A stretch of 64,000 nucleotides of DNA. Origin: Blastocladiella emersonii ATCC 22665 (lineage: Eukaryota > Fungi > Blastocladiomycota). Location: NCBI GenBank assembly GCA_025594325.1, contig JANHCV010000001.1, positions 2,542,001 to 2,606,000 of the forward strand, given 5' to 3'. This document shows positions 45,265 to 56,421 of this stretch, piece after piece; within the stretch, counting starts at the first letter, position 1; each line of letters begins with the position of its first letter. The notes under the pieces were generated by a model. It was not told where the DNA came from. It made no database searches and saw nothing but the letters and a program-made list of their open reading frames with translations. The translations under genes were made by a program, and so were the position numbers.

Positions 45265-46868
45265 GGTGCGGTTGTGGATGGTGGTTGCGGTTGCGGGTAG
45301 CGGCAGCGACGAGGCGAGCCGGTCGTTGACGTTGAGGTTGGTAATGGACACGGTCGAGCGGGTCCGGGTGCAGGCGGCAAAGACAGCAGCGTAGCAAGAA
45401 GAACGGTTTCTAGCAGCGGCAGAGAGCTAGATGCACACGGTGCGGCGGCAACAGGTCAGTCGCTGTCGACGGTCGCGGAAGCTAGGGGGAAGGGGAGGGG
45501 AGGGAGGCAGCGAGGTCCCGGCGGCGGATGAGGTGGCTCGCGGCCACCACCAAATCCTGGGGGACAGCAGCAGCGGCGGCGCGGACCATGGCGCGAACGC
45601 GGACAGCAGCAGCAGCAGCTCTCCCCGAATCCGGAACTGGATGGACGGAGAGAGAACCGATAACAGCTGCACGGTCAGCGATGGCGACCAGCAACAACAA
45701 CAGAGCAAGCCGCACTCGAGGTCGCGGCCGCCGGTGCCGTGCGCTCAGCCGGCCATGGTCGAACGGGCGGTTCAGGGGTGTCGATGCATGCATAGGTGTC
45801 GATTCATGGTGCACTGGGTGCCGGGGCCGTCCATGGCCGCGCCGCTGGCCGCAGATCCGAGGGTCAAGGGCGAGGGGTAGAGGGTGATGGGTGGGTCGGA
45901 GGGGCGGGTCCGACGTACAGGTCGAGGGTGGACACGCTCAGTCAGGAGGGGTTGAGGGAGCGGGGGCGGCCGCGGGTTTTGTAGTCCGCGGCGGGTCCCG
46001 TTGTCTCCCTCCTCGCTATCGTTTGTGCATCCGCGATAAGTGCATCACCGCGGCCAGCACCAGCACCGCCGCCGCCCAAGTCGCTGTCTCGGCTTGTGCA
46101 TGATGTCACTTTTAAGCAATCTCGTCATCGGAGGAGAGAACCCCCCAACGGCGCACCATGCTTTTGGATGCAAGGGACACGACGCGTCGCGTTTCTTCTC
46201 TCCGCCGCCACCATGGCGTCACCTGCGTGCATGAACGACCCGCGGAGGGCAGGCGCCACCGCTGGGTCCTCTCGGCTAAACCGCAACGTGTTGTTCCTGC
46301 GGGGAGGAACGTTTCCGCCGACGCTGAGATTCGACGCCGACGCGACGTCCACCTCGCAGCGACCAGCCGGCCGCGGCGGTGGTGATGCCATGGCCATGGC
46401 CGCGGCGATCCCGCCGTCGTGGACGTCGTCGGGTGACCGAGTGGGCGTCGCGGTGACGAGCGACGCGTTCGATCACGGTGGGCGTCGTCGACGGCTCCTC
46501 GCCAGCCGCCGCGGCGACGATGACGACGGCGGTGGTGGCCCCACAGCCTTCGCCCATGCCGATGGGGACATCTCGGCTCGACGCGCGTTGGCCGCCACCG
46601 TCGACGCAGGGCTGGGATCCCCTGCAGCTGGCCGTGCAGGTGGCGCTTCAGCGAGGAAGGCCGTGGTCGCTGCTGAGGGCGGGCTGCGGAGACGCGCGAA
46701 GCGGGTGGTGCTGCGCCACACCTGTCGGATCCATCGCTTGTCAGCTGACGGGCGCAACCGCGGCGCGTTCCTCTTGCGCCCGCGTGGTCGCCGCCGCCAC
46801 ACGGCCCTTCGCGCGCGCTCTCCTCGACCTCCCCGCTTCACGCAACGCAACGCAACGCATCAACCACC

Positions 46869-47533
46869 ATGACTTCCGGCACCGCGGCACCCAGCATCTC
46901 GCCCGCGGCGTACTTTGCCGCGCTGCTGCACGCGTTCAAGTATGTCGCCAAGCCCGTGATCGGCGTCCTGGTCGCCGACGCGGCGCGCCCGCTCGCCATC
47001 ACGCGCGCCATCCCCGTCGCCCACGCCACGCTCCCGTCCGCCGTTGCCACCCTCGACCTCGCCACCACCATGCTCGCCAGTTACCTGCGCGACGCCAACC
47101 TCGTCGCCGCGGGTGTCTACGTCGCCCCCGCCCACGTCGACGTGTCGGGCGCCAGCAGCAAGGATCCTGTCGACGGGAACGTGATCAATATCGGCGTCCA
47201 GATCCTCGCGGCGCTCGGGAACCCCAAGGGGTTTGTCGCCGTGGTTCGTTTCCCTCCGTCCACGACGCGTGTCGCCCGGCTCACCCTCCTTGGTGTGTGT
47301 AGCTCGACACGGCCCGCCTCGCCAACCACGACAAGATCGTGCTGCGGCCACTCACCAACGGGACCCCATCCATCACCGGCCCGGCCAAGTCGACGCTCGC
47401 GGTGCTGCCCACGGCGCTCCCGCTGAGCAGCGACCTGTTTGACCTCGAGGACCACCTCGAGGACGTGTCGCGCGACTGGATCGCTAACCCGGCCCTGTAC
47501 ACGCTGCTCGACGCGCTCGTGAGCAAAGCTTGA
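46869..47533 (+). CDS. ER membrane complex subunit 8/9 family (UPF0172)
   Basis: join(46869..47243,47303..47533). AY...LLHAFKY..PVIGVL, AIPVAH and the C-terminal FDLEDHLEDVSRDWIAN. Confidence 0.85.
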
Positions 47534-47622
47534 GATGTGATGCGATAAACCACCTTTTTTTGTACTGCAAAATCACGAAATCACACACAACACGCTCGCG
47601 GCGCGCGCGGGGAACCCGCTCG

Positions 47623-49901
47623 CTACTCGTCGTCGTCGGTTTCGCCCGTGCTCGGCGGGCCCCAGCGCAGGATCACGGGCTCGTGCATGTCGGCGAACGC
47701 GATCTCGACAGGCTCGTCGCTGCCCACCTCCCCGTCCTCCTCGGCAATCGCAAACTTGGCGAGCCCGCGCGCCTTGCGGCGGCGACCCGACGCGGCGCCC
47801 TCCGCCTCCTCGTCGTCGTCGTACGCGAGCTCCCACGCCGCGCCGTCGACCTCGGGGAGCGGCTTGACCTTGCCGTTGGCGGGCTTGGGCGTGACCTCGC
47901 CCATCTCGTCGTCCTCCTCCCACTCGTCCTCGCCCGCGGGCTCGGCGGCGGCGGCGAACACGACCTTGAACGCGGTCGGCGGACCGACCTGCGCGACCAC
48001 GGTCGCCTCGCGGTACTCGGACAGCTCGGGCGTGCATTCGGCGCTGAGCTCGAGCTGCTTGAACGCCAGCACCGTGCCCGCGGGAACCGCCGTCGCCATG
48101 TCGGCCGTCAGCTTGGCGCACGCCGTGTAGTCGACCGCAGCGGGCGACTCGCTCTCGTCATCCTCCTCCTCCTCGGGCTCCTCCTCCGCCTCGCTCTCGT
48201 TGGGCGCGGCGGCCGAGTTGGGCAGGGCAGCCGTCTTGCGCGTGCCGGCGGCCGCAGCGTTGCGGACCTTCTTGGTGGCCGCGGCGACGGCGGCGGCGGG
48301 AGCGGCGATGGCCACGCCGTACGTCTTGGCGTCGAGCTTGCCCGTCGGCGACGCCCGGCGCGCCTGCTCGGCGGCGGCAGCGGCGGCCGCGGCGAGCTTC
48401 TTGGCGGCAGCCACGGCCTTCTTGGCAAGCTTGCGGTCGCCGTTGGCCTGCGCAGCGAGCGTGACGCGCGCGTCGGTCGGCTTGCGCGGGCCCGCCGGGT
48501 ACTTGGTGCAGTCGACAGCCGAGATGGAGAGCACCTTGGGCGGGCCGTCATCGTCGTCGCTGTCCGACTCGGACGACTCGGATTCGGACGACTCCGACTC
48601 CGACTCGGACTCCGACTCGGACTCGGACGAGCTGGAGGTGATCTTGGGCGAGGCGGCAGCGTCTTCGTCTTCGTCGTCAGAGTCGCTCGACGCGGACTCG
48701 GACTCGGACTCCTTGACCTGGCCCGTGTAGTCCTCGTCGTCAGAGTCAGACTCGGACTCGGACTCGGACTCGGACTCGGACTCGGACGAGTCCTCGGTGG
48801 CGGCATTGGCTACGAATCGTGCAAGCGGAGTGTGAGCGAGTTGCACGCTGAGCAAAACACAAGGAAATCACGTACCGGCCTGGAACGACTTGAGCAGGCG
48901 GTCGTAGCTGTTCTCGATGGCCTTGGCGTCCTCGTCACTGAGGTCAGCGTCAGCGTCGGCGCCGCCGTGGTGCGACGACGACGAGGGCTCGAACGGGTCC
49001 TCCTCGTACTCCTCGGCGTCGTCGATCTCGGGCTCGAACTGCGGCTCGTCATCCTCATCCTCCTCGTCGTCCTCCTCAATGACGTGGTCGTGCTCGGCGA
49101 GATCGCGCTCGACCTGGTCCGGGTGCGGGACAAACTCGCCGTCGGCATAGTCGGCGTAGTCCTCCTCGTCCCACTCGTCGTCCATGACGGCATCCTCCTC
49201 GTCGTCGCCGCGGTGGTGGTGGCGCGGCGCCACGCCGGCGCGGACGAGCGCGTCGTCGACGATCTCCGAGATCTTGGCCGCGAGGTGGTCCGCGACCGCG
49301 TCGATCACGCCGGGCTCGGCGAGACGCGCGCGCTTGCGGCCGCGCGTGCGCGACGACACCGACGACGGCTTGTTGTAGAGCGAGCTGGCTGGGACAAACT
49401 CGGTATCGTGCTCGGCCGACTCGTCGGCCTGCTCCTCGTCGTCGTCGTACGACTCGCTGGCGTTGACGGACTCCTCCTCATCATCTTCCTCCTCGTCGTC
49501 GTCGTCGCTGCGGTAGACGCGCTTGGTCCCGCGGGTCGGGTACGCGTCGTCGTCGTCCTCGCTCGAGTCGCTGCTCGAGTCGACGGCCTCGTCGTCGTAG
49601 ATCGGGCACACGCTACACGACCGGGGGAGCGTGAGAACGAGTGCATACACCCAGCCAGCATCGCATCCGCGTACGTGACATGGTCACCCTCGTGCAGGGC
49701 CGCCGCGACCATGTCGGCGGGCGACAGGCGGAAGTTGTCGCGCAGGTACAGGGCGACCGGGTGGCCGCCGAAGTGGACGCGCGAGATCTCGCTGGCGAGC
49801 GCGCGCACGCTCTTGCCGCGCACCCGCGAGTACACGAACACGACGCGCTCGCCGCCGAACTGCGTGTCCGGGTTGAGCGTCAGGAACAGCCGCGACGTCA
49901 T
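47623..49901 (-). CDS. Coilin-like protein
   Basis: Exons 49901-49675, 49612-48876 and 48809-47623. N-terminal beta-grasp-like domain (RLFLTL..SVRALASEI..LYLRDNFRL..LHEGDHVTV), acidic Ser/Glu/Asp tracts, and C-terminal DYTAC.KL..PAGTVLAFKQLELSAECTPELSEYREATVV matching the coilin Tudor-like domain. Confidence 0.75.
48565..48787. repeat. Coding hexamer microsatellites (GACTCG/GACTCC)n encoding Ser-Glu/Ser-Asp runs
   Basis: Two tracts (~48565-48628 and ~48741-48787) inside the coilin-like CDS. Confidence 0.85.
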
Positions 49902-50141
49902 GGTCGCTGGCGCGGATGTGAACATGGTGGGTGGTGTGTGTGTGGTTGTGCGCGGTGCGCGGCTTCATGCGACGCTGCAATGGGAGAGAGCGAGAGCGAG
50001 AGCGAAACGTTCGTCCGCCGACGAGGCAGTGGGAGCGCGCTGACTCGAAACGCGCGTTTGGCGCGTCACGCGTCGCCGCGTCGCCATTGCTGAGCAGGTT
50101 GCTGAGGGCCGCCGGCTCTTGCTGTGCCACCACCCCTGCGA

Positions 50142-52624
50142 ATGAAGCAAAACCGTATAGATCAGAAACACCACTACATGCATCTGAACCTGTTCAATCG
50201 GCCGTCGCGATCCTTGGCTTTCGCGCTCGTGGTCCTGCAGCTCGCCGCGGTCGCCATCTTCGCAATAGGCTTCTTCCCCGCAAAGCGGTCGCTCGCCGGC
50301 TTTGCCACGCACAAATCGAGTTTTGATGGGCTACCGGAACGCTGCCTTCAACACCCTTCCGCAGCGCCCGAGCCGACGACGCCGGCCTACGACAACCTCG
50401 TCGTCGTGCTCGTGGACGCGCTCCGCTCCGACTTTGTGTTCGATCCGCAGTCGGGGTTCGAGTTCACGCGCAAGTCCGTATCCTTGGACTTCTCTATGCC
50501 AAACCAGACTCGCTGATCTCTTCCCACCAGGCTCATTCGCGACGGACACGCGCTTCCCACCGTGGCGCGCGCCGTCGCGCCGTCCGTGACCAAACCGCGG
50601 ATCAAGGCCATCACGTCGGGCAGCGTGCCGAGCTTCCTCGATACGTGGCAGTTTTCCGGACAAGAGTCCATGGAGGAGACCGACAACTGGCTTTTGCAGC
50701 TCAAGCGCGCGGGGAAGCGGCTCGCGTTCTACGGAGGTACGGCCCTTGCTGCAATCCGGTCTTCCAAGCTGACGGGACCCGTGTAGATGATACGTGGCTC
50801 TCGCTCTTCCCGAACACGTTTGCCGAGTCCGAGGGCGTCTCGAGCTTCTTTGCCGCGGACACGGTTATTGTCGACCGCAACGTCTCGCGCCATGTGGACG
50901 CCGTGACCGCCAAGCTCGGTACCAGTGTCAACGCCGTGATCCTGCACTACCTCGGCCTCGACCACATCGGCCACACGTACGGGCCGCACAGGTACACCAT
51001 CGAATTCGCCCATCCGTGTCAACAAACTGACTTTGTCAACCGAGCGTAGCACCCTGATGCACCCGAAGCAGCGCGAAATGGACCTCGTCATTGAGCGCAT
51101 CTACTCCAAACTCTCGAGCCGCGACCTCCTCGCCCTTCTCGGCGACCACGGCATGACGGCGCAGGGCAACCACGGCGGCGCGTCGGACCAGGAGCTCTCG
51201 ACCGCCCTCGTCCTGACCTCGCCCGGCATTTCTCGTGCGACGGCGTCGGGCCTGATCCACGTCAACCAGGTCGACCTCGTCCCCACGCTCTCGGCCCTCC
51301 TCGGACTCCCGATTCCGCTCAACAACGTCGGTGCTCTCATCCCCGACTTTGTCACGGACCCAACCGCGCGGCACCCGTGGCTTCTGCGTAACGCCGCCCA
51401 GCTCCTGCGGTACGCTGCGATCGCGCTTCCCGACTCGGCGACCAGCGCGCACCGAAACGCCGTTGCTGCTTCATGCTCCGACCCCGACCAGCTCGAGCCC
51501 GTCATTCGCGAGCTCGCGCGCGATCTCGCTGCGGCCATGTCCGGGTACGACCTGACCTGGCTCGCGGCGGGACTCGTCGCCTCGGTTGCCGTCTCGCTCG
51601 CCGCCCTCGCTGTGCTACCCAACTCAATGCGCGCGTACTTTCTCGTCTGGGCCGTGGTCCCTTTCGCCTCGAGTCTTGTCGAGTATGAGCATCTCGTGCA
51701 CTACACCCTCGCGATCGCCATCGCGCTCGTCTCCGCGCTCTCGGCCTCGCCAAGGAGCGGTTGCGCATGGAGCCTCTTCCTCGTCGCGCTCGGGCTCCGC
51801 GCCATGTGGTCGTGGAACACGATCACCATCGACAGTCCGGACCCGCTGCCCTCGGTGCGCCACTGGCTGGCCGCGCTGCCGGCCGAGACGGCATGGCTCA
51901 AGGCCGCCGCGGTCTTGGTCGGGTATTGGCGCGTCGTTGATACTCTTCGCGTGTCGAGGCGGCGGTGGGTGCGGGGGCCGATGGTCGCTCTGGTCGCGGT
52001 TCACGCAGTCGCTTTCGTTGCTGGAGACAGCGAGCACGGTCCAGCGCAGGTTTTGCACGTCGTCCACGGCATGATGCTGGCCATCGCCATCGCTTTTGGT
52101 CGCAAACTGCTTGGTCCCGCGTTCACGCTGCTCGCGATCCATGTTACGCGTCCCGAAAACGTGCGTATCTGGACCGACTGGATGCAGGCGAAACGCATTG
52201 ACACTCCCGTCCGATTCTGTAGACCTTCCTCTTCGCTCTGTACACGCTCGTCCACCTCAACGAGCCGCCGCGCGGCCTCGCCCCGCTTCTCCCTACGCTG
52301 GCGTGGGCGTTCGCCGGGAACCACGCCTCGCTCGCGTCCATCGACCTGTCGCGCGCGTACCTCGGCCTCACCGACTTCCACCTCGTCGGGACTGGGCTGC
52401 TCACGTTTCTCACGACGTACGCCGGCCCGCTTTGGTGGATGATCCACAGCGGCCCGCAAGCCGCGTCGCAGTCTGCGATCCTCCGCGTCGCCGTCACGGC
52501 GCCTGTGCTGGCCGCGGTCGCGCACTTCCGCGACCACCTCTTCGTGTGGTCCGTTTTCGCGCCGAAGCTCGTGTTCGACGCGGCGTGGCTCGTGGTTGTA
52601 CTCGTTGGGCTTCTCGTGAGCTAG
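50142..52624 (+). CDS. GPI7: GPI ethanolamine phosphate transferase 2 (PIG-G), 751 aa
   Basis: join(50142..50473,50531..50736,50787..50991,51050..52160,52223..52624). VDALRSDF, PSVTKPRIKAITSGSVPSFLD, FYGDDTW, LHYLGLDHIGH, GDHGMTAQGNHGG, SIDLSRAYLG, RDHLFVWSVFAPK. Confidence 0.93.
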
Positions 52625-52956
52625 AATTTTGCTGATACATGACACTTCTGAATCAGTTGCTTGCAGAGTGAATTGGAAGGATGGGGAGACGTCAACACGG
52701 GCTGCGGTGACGCAAGTGGCTTAGCAGCGCGTTGATCAAGTGCACGTGCGCAACATGATTGGAAATGGGCTCGCTGCGCCAGGCACGCGACCTTCATAGC
52801 ATGCACACGGTTCTTCCTTGCATGCATCGCGCACTCGCAACCGTCCGCTATAAAGACCGTTGGACCGCCCCGCTCCTCCTCATCTCGCTCACCAAACCAA
52901 ACCAAGTTGTTGTCGTATAAGAAAATCGTATCACCTTGTCGACCTCCTCGATTGCC

Positions 52957-54144
52957 ATGTATCCCTTCGTCGCCGCGACCCCAATCGCGACCTCGTTCGC
53001 TGTTGCTCTCACGTCCCTCGAGATGCCGGCTGTGACCATGGCCGTGATGCCCGCGCACAGCCACGACCACGACCACTCGCTCGCGCTCAGCTGTTGCTCA
53101 ACGGCGGATGAGCCGGCCACGGTCACGGTCACCACCCTCGCCAAGCAGCTCGACGACCTCGCCGACGCCCAATCTCGCGACGCCGCCGTCCACCTCCTCA
53201 CCGGCACGACGCCGAAGCAGGGCACCAGTCGACGGGTCTCGTTCTCGCACGAGGACCTCGTGTACGAGTTTGAGATTGAGGACGAGTACGAGTGCGACGA
53301 GTCCGAATCCGACGAGTGCGACGAGTGTGACGAGTTGGCCGACGTCGTGCCCGAGCTCAAGTCCACTTCCAAGTACCACCCGGCGCTGCCCATGTCGATG
53401 TCCGCGGGCGTGTATGCACGCCGCTGCGAAACGTTCGGCACCATGTGGAACGAGCTCGCGTCCACTAACCCCGCCGCGCGGGCCGAGGCGGTCCGCCTGA
53501 TGCGCGCCGTCTTTGCCGACTTGGGCGCCCACAAGTCGCAGCAGCAGCAGCTCAAGAAGCAGCAGCTCATGGCCGTCGCCGTCAACCCGAAGCACATGCA
53601 GTGGTCGCAGTGGCAACAGCTCGAGGCGCGCGCGTGGCAGTCCGCGCCTCAGCAGCATGTGTTCGGCTCGACGACTAAGTACCAGCATTTCCAGCAGCAG
53701 CCGCAGACGTTCTACGACCCGGTCCAGACTTACGCCTCGACCAAGCAGCCGTGGCGGCAGCACGACCAGGCGTTCGAGTGGCACAACATGCCCACCGTTG
53801 CCTCAGTCGCATCATCGTCTTCACATTCCACATTCCACGGTCCCGACACAGCTGCAGTGGCAGCAGCAGTTGCAGGACCATCTCTCGACTACCGTCCCCG
53901 CCCCGCCCGTGATCCCAAACCAGCTGCCGTGGCAGCAGTTGCAGGATCACCAACCGGCGGCGACACCCGTCGTCGTCCCTCAGCTGCAGTGGCAGCAACT
54001 TCAGGACGATCGACCGTCTCCCCCTGCTCAATAACAAGACCAAGGCCGGGATGGCGCTCGCGCTCGCGCCGATCGCCAAGCGCTGGGTCCGCTACCACTG
54101 CAAGAGTGGTAGTATTCCGGCCGCAGTTGAACCCAGTGCGCTGA
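52957..54144 (+). CDS. Hypothetical protein with an RVxF motif, acidic patch and Gln/Trp-rich C-terminal part; the C-terminal frame is ambiguous
   Basis: GC3-rich frame up to ~53820 containing RRVSF. After a 7-bp duplication at 53822-53835 the more natural frame is +1 and stops at 54034. Confidence 0.65.
   Translation: MYPFVAATPIATSFAVALTSLEMPAVTMAVMPAHSHDHDHSLALSCCSTADEPATVTVTTLAKQLDDLADAQSRDAAVHLLTGTTPKQGTSRRVSFSHEDLVYEFEIEDEYECDESESDECDECDELADVVPELKSTSKYHPALPMSMSAGVYARRCETFGTMWNELASTNPAARAEAVRLMRAVFADLGAHKSQQQQLKKQQLMAVAVNPKHMQWSQWQQLEARAWQSAPQQHVFGSTTKYQHFQQQPQTFYDPVQTYASTKQPWRQHDQAFEWHNMPTVASVASSSSHSTFHGPDTAAVAAAVAGPSLDYRPRPARDPKPAAVAAVAGSPTGGDTRRRPSAAVAATSGRSTVSPCSITRPRPGWRSRSRRSPSAGSATTARVVVFRPQLNPVR
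53849..54010 (+). repeat. Three-copy coding repeat CAGCTG(C)(A/C)GTGGCAGCA..T(T/G)CAGGA
   Basis: Copies start at 53849, 53921 and 53981; they encode QL(Q/P)WQQ(Q)LQD in the +1 frame. Confidence 0.9.
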
Positions 54145-54520
54145 AAGCAAGCAAGGGCAGCGAGCTCGACTAAGACCGGACACTTGTTGGCACCGAGTGC
54201 CCGGCCTCCAAGGCCAAGCTTCTCTCATCGTCCCGAAGCTCGCCCAGCTCATCCGAGTGTAGCATGCTCAAGGGCCGCTCGTCTTCCGTGCGGCATCGGT
54301 GGCCATCCGAGTGTTTTAGTGATCACTTTGAACTAATAGTATACCCTATTTCGTTCTTTCTACCTTTCCGCCGTGCAAATGGATCGAGGGAGTGTGTTCG
54401 TGGGCTGATCCGATGAGCGAACGCGTCCCGTTTCACCTCAAACGTGACGCTCCTGACCGCTCAGGCCCGACTCACTTTGTAAAGCATCAACACATCGATG
54501 CAGAACACCAAGCAAATCTA

Positions 54521-55810
54521 TCAAGGAGCCAGCTGCGACGCCTGCCGGCTCCTCGCTCCCGTCCCACCACCACCACTCGCCCCACTGAACAGACCCGGCA
54601 CCGCCGCGGGCGAACCGCTGCCGCCGTCGTCAGGTTGGTGCTTGATGAGGAACTGCGCCGTCTCGTTGAGCTGCTCCTCAAGCTCGTCGTTCTCCGCGCG
54701 CAGCGCCTCGAGCAGCGCCTCGAGCTCGCCGCGCTTGCGCTGCGTCGCCTCAATCTTCTTGTTGACCGTCTCGACCTCGCGCTCGGCCCGCTGCCGCGTC
54801 GCCTCTGCATCACGCCGTGCCGACTCGGTGTGCTCGAGCTCGGTCAGCGCCGCCTGCGCCGCGGCCTGGAGCGAGTGCAGCTCGGTCCGCGCCGCGTGCG
54901 CGCGGTCGGCGAGCGTCGGCGCGACTGTCGCGATGCGCGAATGGTGCACGGGAGCAGCGGCGACGGACCCGTTGCCCGAGTGCGACAGCGGATCGTGCGA
55001 CAGCGAGTCGGACGACGCGATCGAGGCCGTGTCGCCGTCACCAGCGAGGATGCTCGAGGTCAGGACCGCGCTCGCGATACTGGTCGTCGTCGGCTGGCGC
55101 GAGCGGGACTTTGAGCCGAGCAGCGGAGCACCGGGAAACAGGACGGCAGCGGTGGTACCCATCGGCCGCTGCGCAGCGTGTGCGTCGCTCGCCGCCACCG
55201 ACTCGCTGGACGAGACGGTTGAGCCGTCGCGGTGGCCCGTCGTTGCAGCGGCGACCACCGCCGCGGTCCATGCACTCGATTCCGGCGCGTTGTGCCGCGT
55301 CGACAGGGACCCCGGACCAGGGCTCTTGCCACGAGCGAGTCGTGCACCCGTCCGACCCGCCGCCACTCCCACCGCGACACCACCACCGACAGCGTGCCCC
55401 GTCGCCGCTCGAGTCGGTGGTCCTGCGGGCGGGCGTGGGACTGGTGCCGCCTCAGCGACATCCTCCTCCTCGAGCGGCGGCGGAAAGCGTGAATCGTCGT
55501 CGAGGATCGAGTCAGATCCGGGCGTCGTCGCGTCCTCGCCGGGAAGTTGGAACATGGCGTGGTGCCCACCGGCACCGCCGCCGCCAGTCCCGTTGGTCGA
55601 CGCGGTGGACCCGACGCGTTGCCGAGGCGGGTGCTTGCGCGGCGGCGTCGCAGCTCCGGACAGGTCAGCGGCATGGCCGTGACTTCCATGCGCGGGCGAG
55701 AGAGCACGCTCGACCTCGTCAGCGCTGATGCCGAGCGCCCCGTTGATGGCGTCGTTGAGCTTCAGACCGCTTGCGGGCGTGGCTGAGCGGGATGATGCAT
55801 GAGCTGACAT
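54521..55810 (-). CDS. Hypothetical protein: disordered N-terminus with a C-terminal coiled coil
   Basis: 429-aa ORF with GC3-rich codons and a heptad region ELHSLQAAAQAALTELEH..ELEALLEALRAENDELEEQL. Confidence 0.75.
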   Translation of the reverse strand: MSAHASSRSATPASGLKLNDAINGALGISADEVERALSPAHGSHGHAADLSGAATPPRKHPPRQRVGSTASTNGTGGGGAGGHHAMFQLPGEDATTPGSDSILDDDSRFPPPLEEEDVAEAAPVPRPPAGPPTRAATGHAVGGGVAVGVAAGRTGARLARGKSPGPGSLSTRHNAPESSAWTAAVVAAATTGHRDGSTVSSSESVAASDAHAAQRPMGTTAAVLFPGAPLLGSKSRSRQPTTTSIASAVLTSSILAGDGDTASIASSDSLSHDPLSHSGNGSVAAAPVHHSRIATVAPTLADRAHAARTELHSLQAAAQAALTELEHTESARRDAEATRQRAEREVETVNKKIEATQRKRGELEALLEALRAENDELEEQLNETAQFLIKHQPDDGGSGSPAAVPGLFSGASGGGGTGARSRQASQLAP

Positions 55811-56421
55811 GATGATCGCGTTGGTGAGAGCGCTTTAGGAGAGCGGAAGACTGAAAGGCGTCAAGGCGCGTCGGCACCGACGCGTTGTGCCACTCACGTG
55901 ACCGTCTCGCATCCAAGTTCGAGCTTGTGAGACGCAGGGGATCTGGTGAGACGACCCCTTGGTTGCTCGGCACTATCCGCTCGGTTGGATCAAAGCCAGT
56001 CATCATCTGTGCAGGATATAGTGTATTGCGGGACGGCTGGCACACCAGCTCAGATCAGCGAGGGGGAAACAACGAGGCACATTGCCGCCACCTCCCAGAA
56101 GTGCAGGTCGGACATGGACATCCCAGCCTGAGCTTGGCAAAAGGCAGCGATGGTCGCTTCAATGTCGTGGTGAGCGGCCTCAAAGAGATCGGCGAGGCCT
56201 GCGGCACCCGAACGGTCAAGTCGGGTGGTTGGGATGCGTTTCTCGACAGAAGCAAACGCGCCAATGTAGCCCTCAATGATTCCCGTCGACCAGTCGCGGC
56301 CAGCAACGGATTGAATGATGAGCGGCGCGACACGTGTCGTAGAGTCGCGACCCGCCCACTGGTATACCTTGGCGATCGTGACCAGGGTCGGAATTGAGAT
56401 GATTGGGTGCGGACACGGATG

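Noticed and set aside
46125-46850. Possible decayed minus-strand coding sequence (two same-frame ORFs split by TGA, GC3 bias hopping between frames)
   Set aside because: No domain or splice solution found; cannot be distinguished from UTR/promoter sequence.
55885-56397. 170-aa plus-strand ORF at the island edge, overlapped by a 192-aa minus-strand ORF
   Set aside because: Neither frame shows homology to the paralogs or any motif, and the strand cannot be decided.
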